A stretch of 64,000 bases of DNA from the human T2T-CHM13v2.0 reference genome, Homo sapiens (GCF_009914755.1 NC_060930.1); one strand, 5' to 3'; shown: positions 40,488 to 60,659, counted from the stretch's first letter. The notes: a model not told the origin generated them from the letters alone. Numbers and translations are program-made.

Positions 40488-40822
40488 CTTTTCTTTTCTT
40501 TTCTTTTCTTTTCTTTTCTTTTCTTTTCTTTTCTTTTTTTGAGAGGGAGTCTCGCTCTGTCGCCCAGGCTGGAGTGCAGTGGCGCGATCTCCGTTCACTG
40601 CAAGCTCCGCTTCCTGGGTTCTAGCCATTCTCCTGCCTCAGCCTCCTGAGTAGCTGGGACTACAGGCGCCCACCACCACGCCCGGCTAATTTTTTTGTAT
40701 TTTTAGTAGAGACGGGGTTTCACCGTGTTAGCCAGGATGGTCTCAATCTCCTGACCTCGTGATCCGCCTGCCTCGGCCTCCCAAAGTGCTGGGATTACAG
40801 GCATGAGCCACCGCGCCCAGCC
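40488..40822 (-). mobile_element. AluY with (AAAAG)10 tail
   Basis: AluY diagnostics GCAAGCTCCGC and GTGTTAGCCAGGATGG; CpG-rich. TSD TCCCATTCTTT at 40481-40491 and 40823-40833. Confidence 0.95.
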
Positions 40823-42105
40823 TCCCATTCTTTATTCTTAGTTTTACTTTTGGGTGTTATTGAAAAAGGGGAAAAGACAGGACTGTGACTAACAGTTAAA
40901 AGTCAAAAGGCTTCTAAGCAGAATATTTCCATAGCAGAGCTATTAATGAAGATGTTCAAGTCTAGAATATAAAATGACTTTTCTAAAGACATAAAATTAT
41001 TTCGTGTTAGGTAAAATTCCCAATTTCCTGACTTCCCATTCTTCATTTTTTTCATTATGCTGTTAATATTATAAAAAGTCAATAATGACAAGAATTCCAG
41101 ATTCAGTGTATGGGATTTATAAAAATACTTTGTTTTCTCAAGTAACAAAAGAAAATTGGAATTTAAAAGATAAAGGACAGAATAATAATTTACTGAATAA
41201 TAATCTGTAAAAAAACTTTTGTCTAGAACAATTAAAGAAAATATGTAAGTTTTACAATTCCTGAATGGCTTAGTAGAATGCCATATTAATTAATAAAGTT
41301 GGATATATGAATAACCAGGGGCTTTTCCAAACATTCTGGTAGTATACAATGAACAAATAATTCACTTTCATTAATGTAGTAATGTGATTTGTTTTGTGTT
41401 AATTTACTTTAAATTTCAATTTTACCCAATATCTTCATTTTATATAGAGAACTTAATTTACACTCCATGAAGAAAAATTAAAAACAGATATTTTAATTTC
41501 AGAAGAGTCTGTATTTCATTAAAATATGCACATTTAGTATTTTAATTTGCATTTCTCATAAAAAATAAACATGAAACCAAATATTGATTTTAACACAAAA
41601 TTGTTGTAGTATCTAATAGTACTAGAAATCCCGAGAGTATGCTAAAATATTTTGTTTACTAATGAGATCTGCATCAGATTTGATTGGTAGAGTCATTTAT
41701 TTATTATGTTGTGGGTATTGTCATCGTGGCTGAGATTACAAAACTGAGTAAAGGAAAATTCCTGCCTTAGACTAAGTTTTAAGTTACTAGAATATACTAA
41801 ATTTACCAACAATTTACACTTAAAAAAATTGACTTTATAACTACATGGTTTCAAATCATAAGTGCAGGAAGGAAGTAATAAGTAGGGAAACTGACAGTGA
41901 ATCTAAGATTTCCTGCCTAGGAGTGTTGGCTTGGAACAACATTAAGCAGATATTTAAAGAATTCAGAATTAGGTTTTATGGGGATGTCCCTTTGGATAGT
42001 TTTGAATTAGCATTTGACACTGAGTAGTCAATTTGCAATAAGCATTTCAGAGATGGATATATAGTTTTTGAGATGGATATACAGTTACTGAAACTATTAG
42101 AGCTA

Positions 42106-47499
<5,394 letters not shown>

Positions 47500-48889
47500 A
47501 AGAAGACAACAAATAGAACCCAGAGGAAACACAAATTCTAAGGAAGAGATAAATGAAAGTGTTAAAGAGATCTTGGGATTTAAGTATTTGACCACCTTGG
47601 ACCAATTTCTGTTGAGTGGTGAAGTCAGAAGTCAAAGTGTATTTCATTAAACTAAGGAATGAGTAGGAGTTGAAGAATTACAAATTATGACAATGTTTTT
47701 TTTTAAGAATTTTGGCAATGAAGACATAGGGGCTTGGCCATACAAATCTTTATGAATCTATTTTCCTTGTCTGCTTGCCACTTAAAAGGCTGGAAAGACA
47801 GTAACATGTTTTCTACCATGCTTTGCCGAGGATGCTATTAAATGGTATGCATCATTTCTATTTTGAAGGTCAGGAAATTGAATCAGAGGAAGCTAAGTGA
47901 CAAAGCAGTAAATGGTAGTATTTGATGGTAACAAAAAATCCAACATCTCTTAGTCTGCTTCCAAAACATTTTAATTTCCTCCTGTGCCACAAAGTCTCAG
48001 GAATATGACATGGTGACAAGGAGATGAAGAGGGTAGGAGATACTGTCAAGTAAAGTTTTTGTTTGTTTGTTTTTTAATAGGCTGAGGGCAAGGAATTGGG
48101 ACTTTGTGGAATACTAAGAGGAGAGAAAATGGGGATAATAAATGAAGTACAGTCAATCTAGAATATAGTAGGAGATGAAATCCATAACTCCTGAGAAAGA
48201 TGAACTTTGCACAACCTAGGTATTTCCCCATTCGAGACTGAAAATAAGAAGTAAAAATACTTGTTACAGTGTGCAAATCTAAAAGTGATACAGAGAGAAG
48301 CAAAGACAAAGCAGCCTTGAGACCAGGACTCTCCTTTGAGAGTGGGAGTGAGGATTGAGACAAGAAACAGGAGCACGAGAAGAGAAGTCAATATTTGGCA
48401 GAGCAGCAATCCTGGTGTGTGGGAGGACGGTCTGGCCGATGGTCTGTGAGGGACCACAGAACACAGCATGAGTTCTGCTGCACCTGGAGGTGGTTAGCTA
48501 CAGTCCATGTAAATTTTGATATGGCCAGAAATCCTGACCCTGACTTTGAATCATGACTTCGACTTGGATATAATCAATTCATTATCAAGCCTTATCAATT
48601 ATCCAAATTATTTATCAGATGCTCCTTTGTCATATTTTTCCAAGGACCTCAAAATAGGAAATCATATTTATTGGAATTATTACCAATGACTCTAATACAT
48701 TTATTGCAAAATACTTGAATACATTATCAGAGATATATGCTAGTCAATCTAGCATTTATATATAAGAGAACAGAAAGGCACTCAAATACATAAAGGCTAA
48801 AAATATATATCCAATTTTAGCTTAGTATTTAAAATTTATAATTAGAAATTGAGCATATCTGTTTGAAGCTCTGTTCCTCTTTCAATACT

Positions 48890-49050
48890 ACTAGCTCAAT
48901 AGGCTGTAGTTTAGGGTAAGTTACTTAACCTCTCTAGTTAAGTATTTCCTTAATCTGTAAAATTAACACACTTGTGTCTTTACTGTGAAGATGAAATGAG
49001 AAAATGAACATAAAGTGTTTAACAAAGTGGCTGGAATGAATGTGGTAAGT
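48890..49050 (+). mobile_element. MIR
   Basis: GGGTAAGTTACTTAACCTCTCT..TTTCCTTAATCTGTAAAAT is the MIR core. Confidence 0.7.
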
Positions 49051-49192
49051 TCTCTCTCTCTCCTCTCTCTCTCTCTGTATACGTATACATTCATATATAT
49101 GCATACACAGAGAAAGAGCACTTACACATATGTACGTGTGTGTATATATACATATACATACATATATATACATATACAAACCTATATATAGA
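49051..49192. repeat. Compound (TC)n / (TA,CA)n simple repeat
   Basis: Visible dinucleotide runs. Confidence 0.85.
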
Positions 49193-49849
49193 GTTCTATC
49201 AGTCAAGCAAGAGATTAAACAAAATTTCTGACTGAAAAAAGGAAAGTCATGGTATTAAATAATTTGCAGTGAGTATTGAAACCATATAAACATAGAACAT
49301 AAGGTAAATAAAGTTGAATGTAATTATAAGAGAGAGCAAATCTTTCTCTGAAATCACTGACATGGACATTCTAGTCCTCCAATATACCTCTCATCCTCTT
49401 AGATAAAATGCTTACTTATTCACACTATAACAGGCATCTCTGGTTTCACTGAGACATCAATTTCAATTTCTCCCTATGCATTATCCATTAGCTACCCGCT
49501 ACCATCTCTTCTATTTGTTATGGCTTCCGTGATCCATCTTTTAAACCACTTTCTTGTGAATACATAAAACTCGTTTACTCCAGTGTCTTCCCAACTCCTT
49601 GGCAAAAAATATCAATTTTTAATGAATATAATTATTTTTAGTTTGTATACATAACTCTAGGGATAGTAGCTGTGTGCTACTAGAGATAATGTAGAAACAA
49701 ATAAACTGATTCCTCTGTTAATCTGTCCTTTTCTGGGGTTTAAAGCCTGGCAAGTAATCTTGTGATATTTTTCTAGTTAGATTCCTCTCCCTATAACCAC
49801 AAAGACAAATGTAAACTTTCTCTTCCTTAAACCTTCGGTTCAGTCCTGT

Positions 49850-52090
49850 CCCATTCGATCTCAAAAACTTATCTTCCTTCTTATTTTACTTAGACAATGG
49901 ATGGGAATATAAACTTTCTTCTTTCACACCCATCCTTTCCTCCCTTGGCGAGGTTGTAGTGATAGAGGTGCTTCTAGAAAATCAATACCTCACCTGGATT
50001 CCCATCATTTACTTTTCTGTTTCAATTTGTTATCAATAAGTTGATAAGAAATATAACATTCCCCTTCTCCGCTCTCCTCCTTTCTCCTGAATTCTTTTCA
50101 TTTATGCTTACATATGCTCAATTTCTCACATCCTAAAAGAAATAAACAAAATACTGACTTATGTACCTTTTCTGGAGAGCAAAATCACTTCAATTATTGT
50201 CTACAACTCATTGATTTCATGTCCTGACTCTCACTCTTCAAACAAAGCTAGTCTGGCTTCTGTACCCACCATTTTACTGAAACTGCTTTGTCCATGGTAA
50301 CCACTAACTCTGAGTCACTAAATCCTCAGTGGTGTATTTAAGTCTTTTTCCTAATAGATTCCTCGGCAAGATTTAACACAGAAAAAAAAATCCTACTTCC
50401 TTAAGTGTTCTGTCTTTCCTTGGAACTTCTGTCAGCAGATTCTTTTCTCATTGGTCACTAATTTTCCATTTTTACTCATTCCTTCAATATTGTAGTTTAT
50501 CAGGGCTTAGACCTTTTCAGCTCTCTGTAGGTGATATAACCCACTCTCCTAGGTTCAACTATTAGCTATATGCCAACTACTCTCATTTCTCTTCCTCTGG
50601 ACTAGACCTTTCTTCTGAACCCCAGGGTCACATCCCCAGCAGCACACTTTTATCTCCACTTGAATATTCATGGATTTCTCAACTCATCCTATCTAAGCCC
50701 GAACTCATCTCCTCCTCTCTACCCTCTTCCTCCTCCACTGTTCTCCATCTCATTTGTGTCACCCCCTTTTCTAAGCAGAATTCCAAAATGGCCACAATCT
50801 CTGGTGTACATGCCCTCTGTAACCCCTGGGACTGTGAACAACACCGATTTCACTTGTGTTATTGAGTTGTCATATAGTACAGTTGTCTCTAAGTAATCAC
50901 CTGAGCCCTATAAAAGTGGAGAAGGGAGTCAAAATTTCAAAGAATGGGAGAGACTCAACATAGCATTGCTGCCTGCAAGATAGAGAAGGCCACATGATAA
51001 GGAAATGCAGGTGGCTTCTTAGAGAGAGAACAGACCTCTGGTTGACAACTAGGAAGGAAAACAGGGCCCTAGTCCTACAACCTCAAAGATCTAACATTCA
51101 TCAAAAAGAATGAGCTTGAAAGACAAGTTTTCTTGAGAGTCTTCAGACAAGAATACAGCCCAGTCAACATCTTGATTACAGTCTTGTGACACTCTGAGAT
51201 GAGGTTGCAGCCATGCCATACCTGACTTGGAAGCTACAGAACTGTAAACAAATAAGTGGGTGCTGTTTCAAGCCAAAATTGTGTGGTAATTTGTTATGCA
51301 GCAAGAGAAAAATAGTACATCATCTGTCAACGGAGTTTTTGAGAGTCAAACAATCCTGAAAACTATCATTACTTTCTTTCTGTTAAGTTATTCCAAAACT
51401 CAATCAGTCAATGAGTCTTACAGACTCTCTGTCATGTATTTGAATCTACCCAGCTCTGCATATCCCCTTGATACCATCCTAGCCTAATTTGTTACTGTCT
51501 CTTGAATAGAACTCTGAACTACATTCCTAATTTGTTGCTCCCAATTCATGCCTGCCTCAATCTAATCCACTCTTTACAATGTAGCCAGGTGTATTTTAAA
51601 TCAACCACGGATCATATTACTCTCTCTTCAATGTCGTCATCTCGCTGATAGTAACAACACTGTTAGTTCCATTCCAAGTATCTCTCTGACTCGAGAGGCA
51701 CTGCATGGGATGTTCCCCTTTTACCAACACCTTCTTCCATTCCCTACATGAATGTCACCCATTCCCTACGCAACAGTCTCAAATGCTTTCTTTCAACTCC
51801 TGTCATGTGCTGTGCTTCTCTCACTGCAAAGCTCAATATATTCTTCTCTGTCTCCTACATATGCTTTTGATCTCCTTCCATATTTCCTTGTCTAGTTAAT
51901 TCATGAGCATCCTCAGGTCTTAGGTTACATGATACTTTATCAAGACAACTTTCCTAATATCCCCAAATCAATGAAGTCTCCAGAATTTAATGTCCACTGT
52001 TCATGTTGGTCTCCACTGAGAACACTAACTTCCCCTATCTCCCCAGCACTTGACACAGACACTGAGTAAACCTTTTTAAATTGCTTACTT
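49850..52090 (+). mobile_element. L2 tract interrupted by an MLT1 LTR
   Basis: Pyrimidine-rich L2-like sequence on both sides of the LTR. Approximate. Confidence 0.55.
50770..51319 (+). mobile_element. MLT1D/E-type solo LTR
   Basis: GCAGAATTCCAAAATGGCC start and TGTGGTAATTTGTTATGCAGCAAGAGAAAAATAGTACA end. Confidence 0.8.
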
Positions 52091-53178
52091 ACTTGGTTAT
52101 CAAGCCATATTTTCAAAAAGAAAGAAAAGTTAAATAAAGCCATAACCAGCCAAATCAACCAAATAATTGTCTAGTCTACAGTCTCAGTCATTACATGACA
52201 AAAACGGGGAGGCAAATGGGAGCGAGTTGAGAAAGAAGGAAAGACTTGTTAATTTCTCATGTATAAGGATGTATTTAATAACTAGTTACATATTTAATTC
52301 TCATGTAAAAAAACTCAAATAAGTTGATAACAAATATAACCCATTTTTCAAGTAACCATATGCTTCCTCTAGTACTTGCTATTTTAGGATGAAAATTGTA
52401 TGAGTATTGGTATGAGCCATGTTTTTCTTATCACAGCCTCTAGAATCCTATGGATGTACTCCAACTATGTTATAGCTCATCTACATATTTCATATCAAAT
52501 TAATATTGTTAAAATTATTTATTCATTACTTTTTTGAGGTAAAAATATTGTTTCAGAGCCAATGCATTGTATTTATCTGCTTCATGGAGTCTACAATATT
52601 ACAGAAATCTGCTGGAGGTTTTCTTTAGTTCCAATTGTGTACTTCATAATCCACATGGAAAAACATTCAAAATGTGAATTCAATTGTTCACCAAAAACAA
52701 TAGTAAGTGGTGCCAAATTGAAACAGAAACAAGCAATACATCTTATATCAGTAACACATGTGGAAAGAGCAAAGTGAAATTATAAACTTATGAAAGTTAA
52801 TAACAAACTCTATATTATGGGAAGTAACAAGACCACTAATAATCATACCATTGCACACAGAGTGCAACTGAGAAACAGATGTTTTAAGTGAAAATGTCTT
52901 AAAGCTGAATCCACTAATAATACATATACTAAAACACACCATTGCTCCCCAACTGTTTATTGGTTTTCCAGATTCTGCAAAGGCACTGTTTTTATAGCTG
53001 TCTTTATGACTCAGAGCATAAATATGCAAATACCCTAATGCTTATTTTGATACTTTGATGCTGACTCTCAGAGTTACTTCAGTGCATCTTGGTATGCAAC
53101 TAATACAATGGGCATAAAGATAAATTGGTCACCAACTATAGCAAGTTTTATGTTATTTTAATGCATCCTCAACTTTGT

Positions 53179-53243
53179 TTTAATATTATCTATATCTTTA
53201 TAGATAGTTTAATATTATCTATATCTTTAATATTATCTATATT
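53179..53243. repeat. Short tandem array of TTTAATATTATCTATAT (3 copies)
   Basis: Read directly. A short inverted piece (ATAGATA) lies between copies 1 and 2. Confidence 0.85.
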
Positions 53244-53517
53244 TCTGGAAAAAGTTGGGACTATAAATTTTCCATTTTATTGCATTTATGTTTTTTTTTA
53301 AACACCACAGTTCTCACAGATATTTGAGGGTTCTTTGGGTCTGTGTACTATATGAAAATTTTAGCATGTTTATGGGAAACTGTCAATTAAATTAAGATAT
53401 TATGTTATAATTCAATTTAGGAAACAAAAAGAACTTTCCAATGTATTTTTCGGTCATCATTGTATGGTAGTGCCAGAGAAAATATTTAAAGATTGGTATG
53501 AATTAGAAAGTAGTACA

Positions 53518-53843
<326 letters not shown>

Positions 53844-55474
53844 CTAGAAACGTCTGCTCCACTTGTTCCACTGAGTTAAGGACTCCACATTTGTATTTGT
53901 TAAAACATTTGCATTGTGGCAGAATTTCTAAGGAGTAAGATTCACCAGACTTATCACTGAACATTTTACTAAAAAGCGTTGCTTTTGTTTGGCAATCTTC
54001 CTAATCATAAAGTGATTTTATTTTAAGATGTTAAAGTTGGTTAAATGGAGGAGACACTGCTATTGAAAGAAACAAATAAATTAAATGTAGTCTTTGTTAA
54101 ATTTTCTTATTAAGATTACATATTTTAACAAAGATAAGTGTGACAGTAAAAATATTTGCTTTTACATAGGCAGATAGAAATACTCTCCACATTTCTTGAG
54201 AGAAATTCTGAAAGTGAAAGGACAGATTGTTAGATCTAACCAAAAGATTATGAGGAGATTAATCATCTACCAAGGACTGTGAGTTTCATGGAGTATGTGT
54301 CACAGGGGATAACTGGAATGTAAGTATGCATTTATAGATGGTCTTGCGGCCATGAATCCCATTTGGGCAGCTATGTCTGGAAGGCAGTGGTAAATCAGAT
54401 TCAAAATCTGCAAATATGATTGTCCTGGTTCTGCATGGATTATCAAAGCCTAAAAAGAGCAGAACAAGCCTTTTTTGTTATCAACTTGTGCAGTTTTGCT
54501 GGGCAGATAAGTGCTGACTTATTCTATTACTTACTGATTTCTGCCATCTTATGACCAATTTGAGCAGGCTGACAAAGTGTTGAGAAAATCCTGTGATCTA
54601 TTACTGTCCTGTATTTCGCTGGCAAAAAAAATTCTGTTCTCTACATTTACCTGCATTCAAAAATGTAGAAACTTGTACTTCAACTCGAATATTATTTTTC
54701 ACAATTAAAATTAGGAATATTTCCTGCAATAGTGTATTATTTTTATCTATTATATTTAAATTTCTTTTTCAAAATGCTTAATAGTTTAAAGCAGTTTGCT
54801 GCCAAAATTTCAAGACAGGTTCTTACAGGTGATGTTTCTTATAATTTCATAGTTTTATTTTTTAAGTTTTATGTACTTGATTCTCATTGTATATTACAAA
54901 ACTAAGAAATACAAAGAATGAAATGAATAAATATCTTTAGCAATTAATGTAAGGCCAGCATCAACCATGAGTATTTCTAATTGGATGTACTGACAGATCT
55001 CACATCCTTAAGAATGAAGTGGAAAAATGACTCAACATTCCTCTAATTAGCATGCATAACAGCTTTGATACTCTGTATTAATTCCTTCTTTAATTGATTT
55101 TGAGGTTAAATGGGTATTAACTAAACAATATTTTATTGTTTACTGGTCAGTTTAGTGCACTTTATTACAAACTAACTCTATGGCTTTTACTTCTATTGTA
55201 TATCCATGAAAAAAGGGGCTGCAGGGTTCATTTAGTCAATGAAGAGAAAAAATTAATTTACATGTTGATGAATTATAAGGAAAAAAAGCAGCTTTACCTT
55301 AATTGCTTTAGGGAAGTAATAGATAACATTCTCCCTTTGAAGACTTTAAAATCAGTCAAATTGAAATAAATAGTTACAATATATCCTGACATATACCATT
55401 TGGGTTACAGGATAATATTGGCAGAGTAACAGCATTTCTCCTTGAATGATATAAGCAGTTTCGTAATGCAATAT

Positions 55475-58400
55475 ACATTTTTTGGAAGTTGGGTTTGTGG
55501 AGGTATAATTTATATACAACAAAATATACCCTATATGTAGTCACAATTCTATTCATTTAGACAAATGCAGAGTTATGTATCTGTCACCACAATCAAGATA
55601 TAGACCATCTCCATAACTCCAAAGAATTCCCGCACACCCCAGTGGGCGTGTGGGAAGCAGTGGTCTTCCCACATGCCCACTGAAAACACCAGTCTGTGTG
55701 TTCTCTTCCTGTAGTTTTGCCTTTTAGAGAAGGTCACATAAAATAGAACCATTTAGTATGTAGCATTTTGAGTCTGGTTGTTTTCACTTGATATATTAAA
55801 GATTCACGCATGTTGTTGCATGGCTCATTCCCTTTTCTTACTAAATAGTATTACTTTGTAAGGATGTATACAAATTGTTTATCCATTTACTTGTTGATGA
55901 ACATACAGATTGTTCTCAGTTTTTGGAAATTCCAAATAAGGTCGTTTTTAAAATATTCATACACAAGATTTTATGTGAACCTGTTTTCATTTCCCTAGGA
56001 GTGAGATTGTTGGGTTGTATGGTAAGTGAATGTTTAACTTTATGAAAATCTTTCAAACTGTCTTAAAAAGTCATTGCACCATTTTGCATTTTCACCAGCA
56101 ATGTAAGAGAAATTTAGTTCCTCTTCTTCTTCACCAGTATTTGATATTGTCTTTTAAAAAATGTAGCCATTCTAGTAGGTATGTAGTAGTATCTAGTTGT
56201 GATATTCATCTATACTCATCTTATGACTAGTGATATCACGCATCTTTTTATGTGTTTAATAATAATAATAATAATCTGTGTATCTTTTTGTGGTTTGTTT
56301 CATCAAATATTTGGCTAAACATTTTGAGGGGGATTTCTTGTCTTACTATTATTGAGTTGTAAGAGATTTTTAAATTTATTCTGCATTCCAGTTCTCTTTC
56401 AGACAGGTTTCTTGCAAATATTTTCCCTCAATCTGTGGCTTGTCTTTTTGTTTTCCACACAAAATTTTTGAATGAACAAAAGTTTAAAATTTTGATTAAA
56501 AACATTTTTTTTTGAAATCATGCTTAGATTTTTCTACATAAGACGGCTTTATATTAAATAAAGCCACAAATGTTTTCTCCTATAATATTCTCTAAAAATG
56601 TTTAAATTTTAGGCTCTATCTTTAGGGATATAGTCCATTTAGAGGTATTTTTTTGTGACTTAAAATATATGTCAAAATCATTTTTTAAAATATATGAAGA
56701 TTATATTTTCCAGCACCATTTTTACGTCCTTCTTCACTGAATAACCTTGACAGCTTTGTCAAAAATCAGTTGTGTATCTATGTAGATCTATTTCTTCACT
56801 TTTTTTTTTTTTTTTTAGATGAAGCCTTGCTCTGTCGTCCAGGCTGGAGTACAGTGGCATGATCTCGGCTCACTGAAACCTCTGCTTCCCAGGTTCAGTG
56901 ATTCTCCTGCCTCAGCCTCCTGAGTAGCTGGGATTACAGGTGCCTGCCACCACACCCAGCTAATTTTTGTATTTTTAGTAGAGATAGGGTTTCACCAAGT
57001 TGGCCAGGCAGGTCCCAAACTCCTGACCTCAAGTGATCCACCCACCTTGGCCTCCCAAAGTGCTGGGATTACAGGTGTGAGCCACTGCACCCTGCCTATG
57101 TAGGTCTATTTCTGAACTCTCTGTGCTCTTTAATTGATCTATGTGTCTATCATTTAACCAATATCATGCTCTCTTGAATACTGTTGCTTTATAGTAAATC
57201 TTGAAACCAGGTGCAGTGAACCCTCTAGCTTTTTTCTTTATTGTCTTTGAAAATTGTTTGGGCTATTCAAATTCTTTTTTTTTATGCAAGTATTGAAGTT
57301 AGGTTGTCATTGTAATTTGTAAAAATTGACATCTCAACAACATTGAGTCTTGTACTCCATGGGCATGGTACATCTCCCCGTTTATGTAGTTCTGTTTGGT
57401 TTGTCATAAAGGTGTAGTATATGTTTTTTAGAATTATATTTTTAAAGTAATTCATGTTTTGGTGCTATCATAACTATTGCTTGTAAGTGTAAATTTAAAA
57501 AGTTTTTTTGCTAGTTAAAATTCAGTTGATTTCCTATAATAGCGTGAAAACTGGCAATCTGACTGAGCTCACTTTTTATTTCTAATACCTTTTTAAGTAT
57601 TTAATATTTTCTTTGTAGACAATATGTCATCTGCCAATAGAGACACTTTTATTTCTCCTTTTCCTATTTATATGCATTTCATTTCTTTTTATTGTCTGCT
57701 TGCACAGGCTAGAGCCTTTAGTGTAATGTTAAATAGAAGAGGTAAAATAAAACATCCTGGCCTTATCATTCTTTCACCTTTAAATATAAGGTTAGCTGTA
57801 GCTGTTGCAATTTAATTAGGTTGAGGAAGTACCATCTAATTTCTAATTTGCTTTTTATACTAAATGGCTATTAAATTTTATCAAAAGGGTTTCTTCATCT
57901 TTTGCAATAATTACATGATCTTCTTTTTAAGTCTATTAAAAAGTCTGTATGATGAAACACATTGGTTGATTTTTAAATTTTGAACCAATCTTGCATTTCA
58001 GGATAAATCTCACTTAATCATGAGATATTATACTCTTTATATATCTCTGGGTTTAATTTGATAAGATTTTATTGAAGATTTTGCATCTATGAAGAATTTC
58101 TGATATTGACCGTTTGTTCTTCTCTTTTTCCCAATGAGTCTGGCTAGAGGCTTATAACATTAATATTTTCAATTAACTCACTTTTGTTTTCATTTATTTT
58201 CTCTGTAATTTCATTATTCTCATTTTTATTGTATTCTTCTATTTACTTTGTATTTAATTTGCTATTGTCTTTGTAGTTTCTTAAGGTAGGAGATTAGAAC
58301 ATTGATTAGATCTTTCTTCTTTGCTAGTATAAATATTAAATGCTATAAAATTTCCCCTAAGTATTGCTTTAGCCAAATTTAACAAGTTTTGATATGTCGT

Positions 58401-58590
58401 GTTTTCATTTTTATTGAATTCAATAGATTTTTCAGTTTCCCTTATGACTTCATATTGATCCATGGAGTTTTTCAAATTATGTTATTTCGTTTCCAAATAT
58501 TTTTCCACATATCTTTATTGGTTTCTAGTTTAATTCCAATAGGTCGGAGAATATACTTTGTACTATGTTAATACTTTTAAATTTGATGAG
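55475..58590 (-). mobile_element. Old L1M (MB/MC/ME-type) 3'UTR plus ORF2 tract
   Basis: Antisense L1 motifs, including ATGTCATCTGCCAATAG (the FADD region). ORF 58281..58475 reads NENTTYQNL..AKAILRGNFIA. Confidence 0.85.
56800..57096 (-). mobile_element. AluS inserted in old L1
   Basis: Poly-T plus antisense Alu. TSD TATGTAGATCTATTTCT / TATGTAGGTCTATTTCT. Confidence 0.95.
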
Positions 58591-58629
58591 GCAAAAATAT
58601 TATAGCATGAGCACTTCTTTGTTTACATT

Positions 58630-59435
58630 ATGGCAAAACATCTTACAAATGTTTGTAAACTACAGTAGATACTTCATATTGATGACCACAATTCTTTACC
58701 CAGCTCATTATGGCTGGGGTATTCTGCCACACCTCTTGACTCTAGACTCAACTGTATGACTTGCTTTGACTAATGAGATATTAGAAAATGTGATGCAAGC
58801 AAAGGCTGGAAAAAGGTCCTTACATGTTTTTACCCTTCTTTTTTCCTCTGTGACCACCACGAAATCATGCCTGGGTCAGCTTTCCCAAAGATGAATCACA
58901 TGGAACAGAGCTTGGGTCTTTCACCTAAAGTCATACTGCCCATTCTACAGCTGACTAAACACTCATGAACAAGCACAGCAAAGATTGGCATAACTACCCA
59001 GCAGTCTTATAAACTCATAAATAATAATGTATAGCTGTTATTTTATACCACTGAATTATTAGGTGGTGTGCACTTTCTTGCCTACTTTAGCTTTTCTCTT
59101 TCTTCCATTTCTGAAATTGCCATGAGAACATATATAGAGATCTACATGGAGAATATCCTCAGGCTAGCCTGCTGGAAAAGAAAATGTGCAGAGTAGAGTC
59201 ACATAGAGAACAGAATTCAGTTGTCACAGTCGAGGTCACTCTATCCCAGCTCTAAGCCATAGTTGACCTAAGCTGCAGGGGAAAGCCCAGGCCAGACTAG
59301 AAGAAGCTCCCAGCTGACCACAGCCTCAATTGCTGACCTGAGGCCAATGAGTAAAATAAATTGCTATTGTTTAAAGGCCATGAAATTTGGAGTGTTTTGT
59401 CACATAGCATTATTGTGGCAATAGATAACTGATAG
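58630..59435 (+). mobile_element. Two adjacent MLT1-type LTR remnants
   Basis: TGACTTGCTTTGACTAATGA motif. Two LTR-end-like segments (~59020-59070 and ~59355-59435), the second ending GTGGCAATAGATAACTGATA. Confidence 0.6.
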
Positions 59436-60659
59436 AAAAACCAATAATCATTTGTACTTTATTTTGAGAATGAGAAGAGCTGTAGAAAAGAAAATAATAG
59501 GGTGTTTGTATAATGTTTTACAGGACTTCAGTGGAGCAGTGAAGAGAACAGGAAAAAGCAGGGATAATTTACTTGATCTGCTCATATTATTCTCCACATT
59601 GTTCCTCCAAAAATGACAGAGCCTACTTTGCATGTTTTAGTGACACAAATGGTTAGAAAATGAAGGGTTCACATTTTATGAAATCTTGTAACATCTCTAA
59701 TTCATCATTTCTGGTATTGGTAACTTCAGTGTTTTCAGTATTTTAATAATGATAACTATAATTTCTTTTTAGATATGATTTTTATTCTCCTAGAGAAGCA
59801 CATAATTTCTATAGAAATACATCTGCAGTTTGATAATGAGAACCATTGGAAAACAGGCCAGGCTTGCAGTAACTTACCTGTAGGCAATTATTCTGGGACA
59901 TAGTTTAAAGAATTTGAGAAATTCTTACAATTCAAAATGAGTTCCATCTCCCTAAATTTTCATAGGAAACATAAGGTTGAGCTTTTTCTCTGATTAGCAC
60001 AAAAGCTCTTTCTTCAGAAAATCTTAGGAAATGTCACAATACAAAAAGATGGTTAGAATAGAGGTGTTCAGTTGCAGAATGTAACTATTGCACTTCATTT
60101 TTACATAATGATATTATTAAAAATTGTAAGAACTTTAAATGTATTTGCATAAAAGAAAAACATTTGAAAAAACGTAGATCTACTCTAAAGACTGTATAAA
60201 CAAAAAGCTCAAATTGCATATTTGTGGTCTTATTCCATTTATTTATTTATTTCTATTTATTTATTAACCCTTCTTTTTTCCAAAAAAGGTTAGAAAAAAG
60301 GTCAGTTTCTTGAAAGGTTGGGGTAATGGGCATTTAATGGCAGCCATGTTTTGACATATCCAATGAATTCCGTGAATTTGTATTAGGTTGGTCAAAGACC
60401 TGCCTTTCTAAAGTTTGGCCCTTATAAAAAATCATTTCTATCTTAAATAGGCAAATTCTTGTAAAATCCTACTTTATTTTTCTTTTGAATAGTAACACTG
60501 TTTAACGTGGATCACTGTACTCAGAAAAAAATCTTTGCAGGCTTATGTGACCAGTGCAGCAGTAAGCATTAAGGTAGCGTATTCAGTACTGGTGATACTT
60601 AAGGAACAGGATAATATAGTCAAGAAGATTCACTTAAAAGGAAAGTGTAATTAAGTTGC

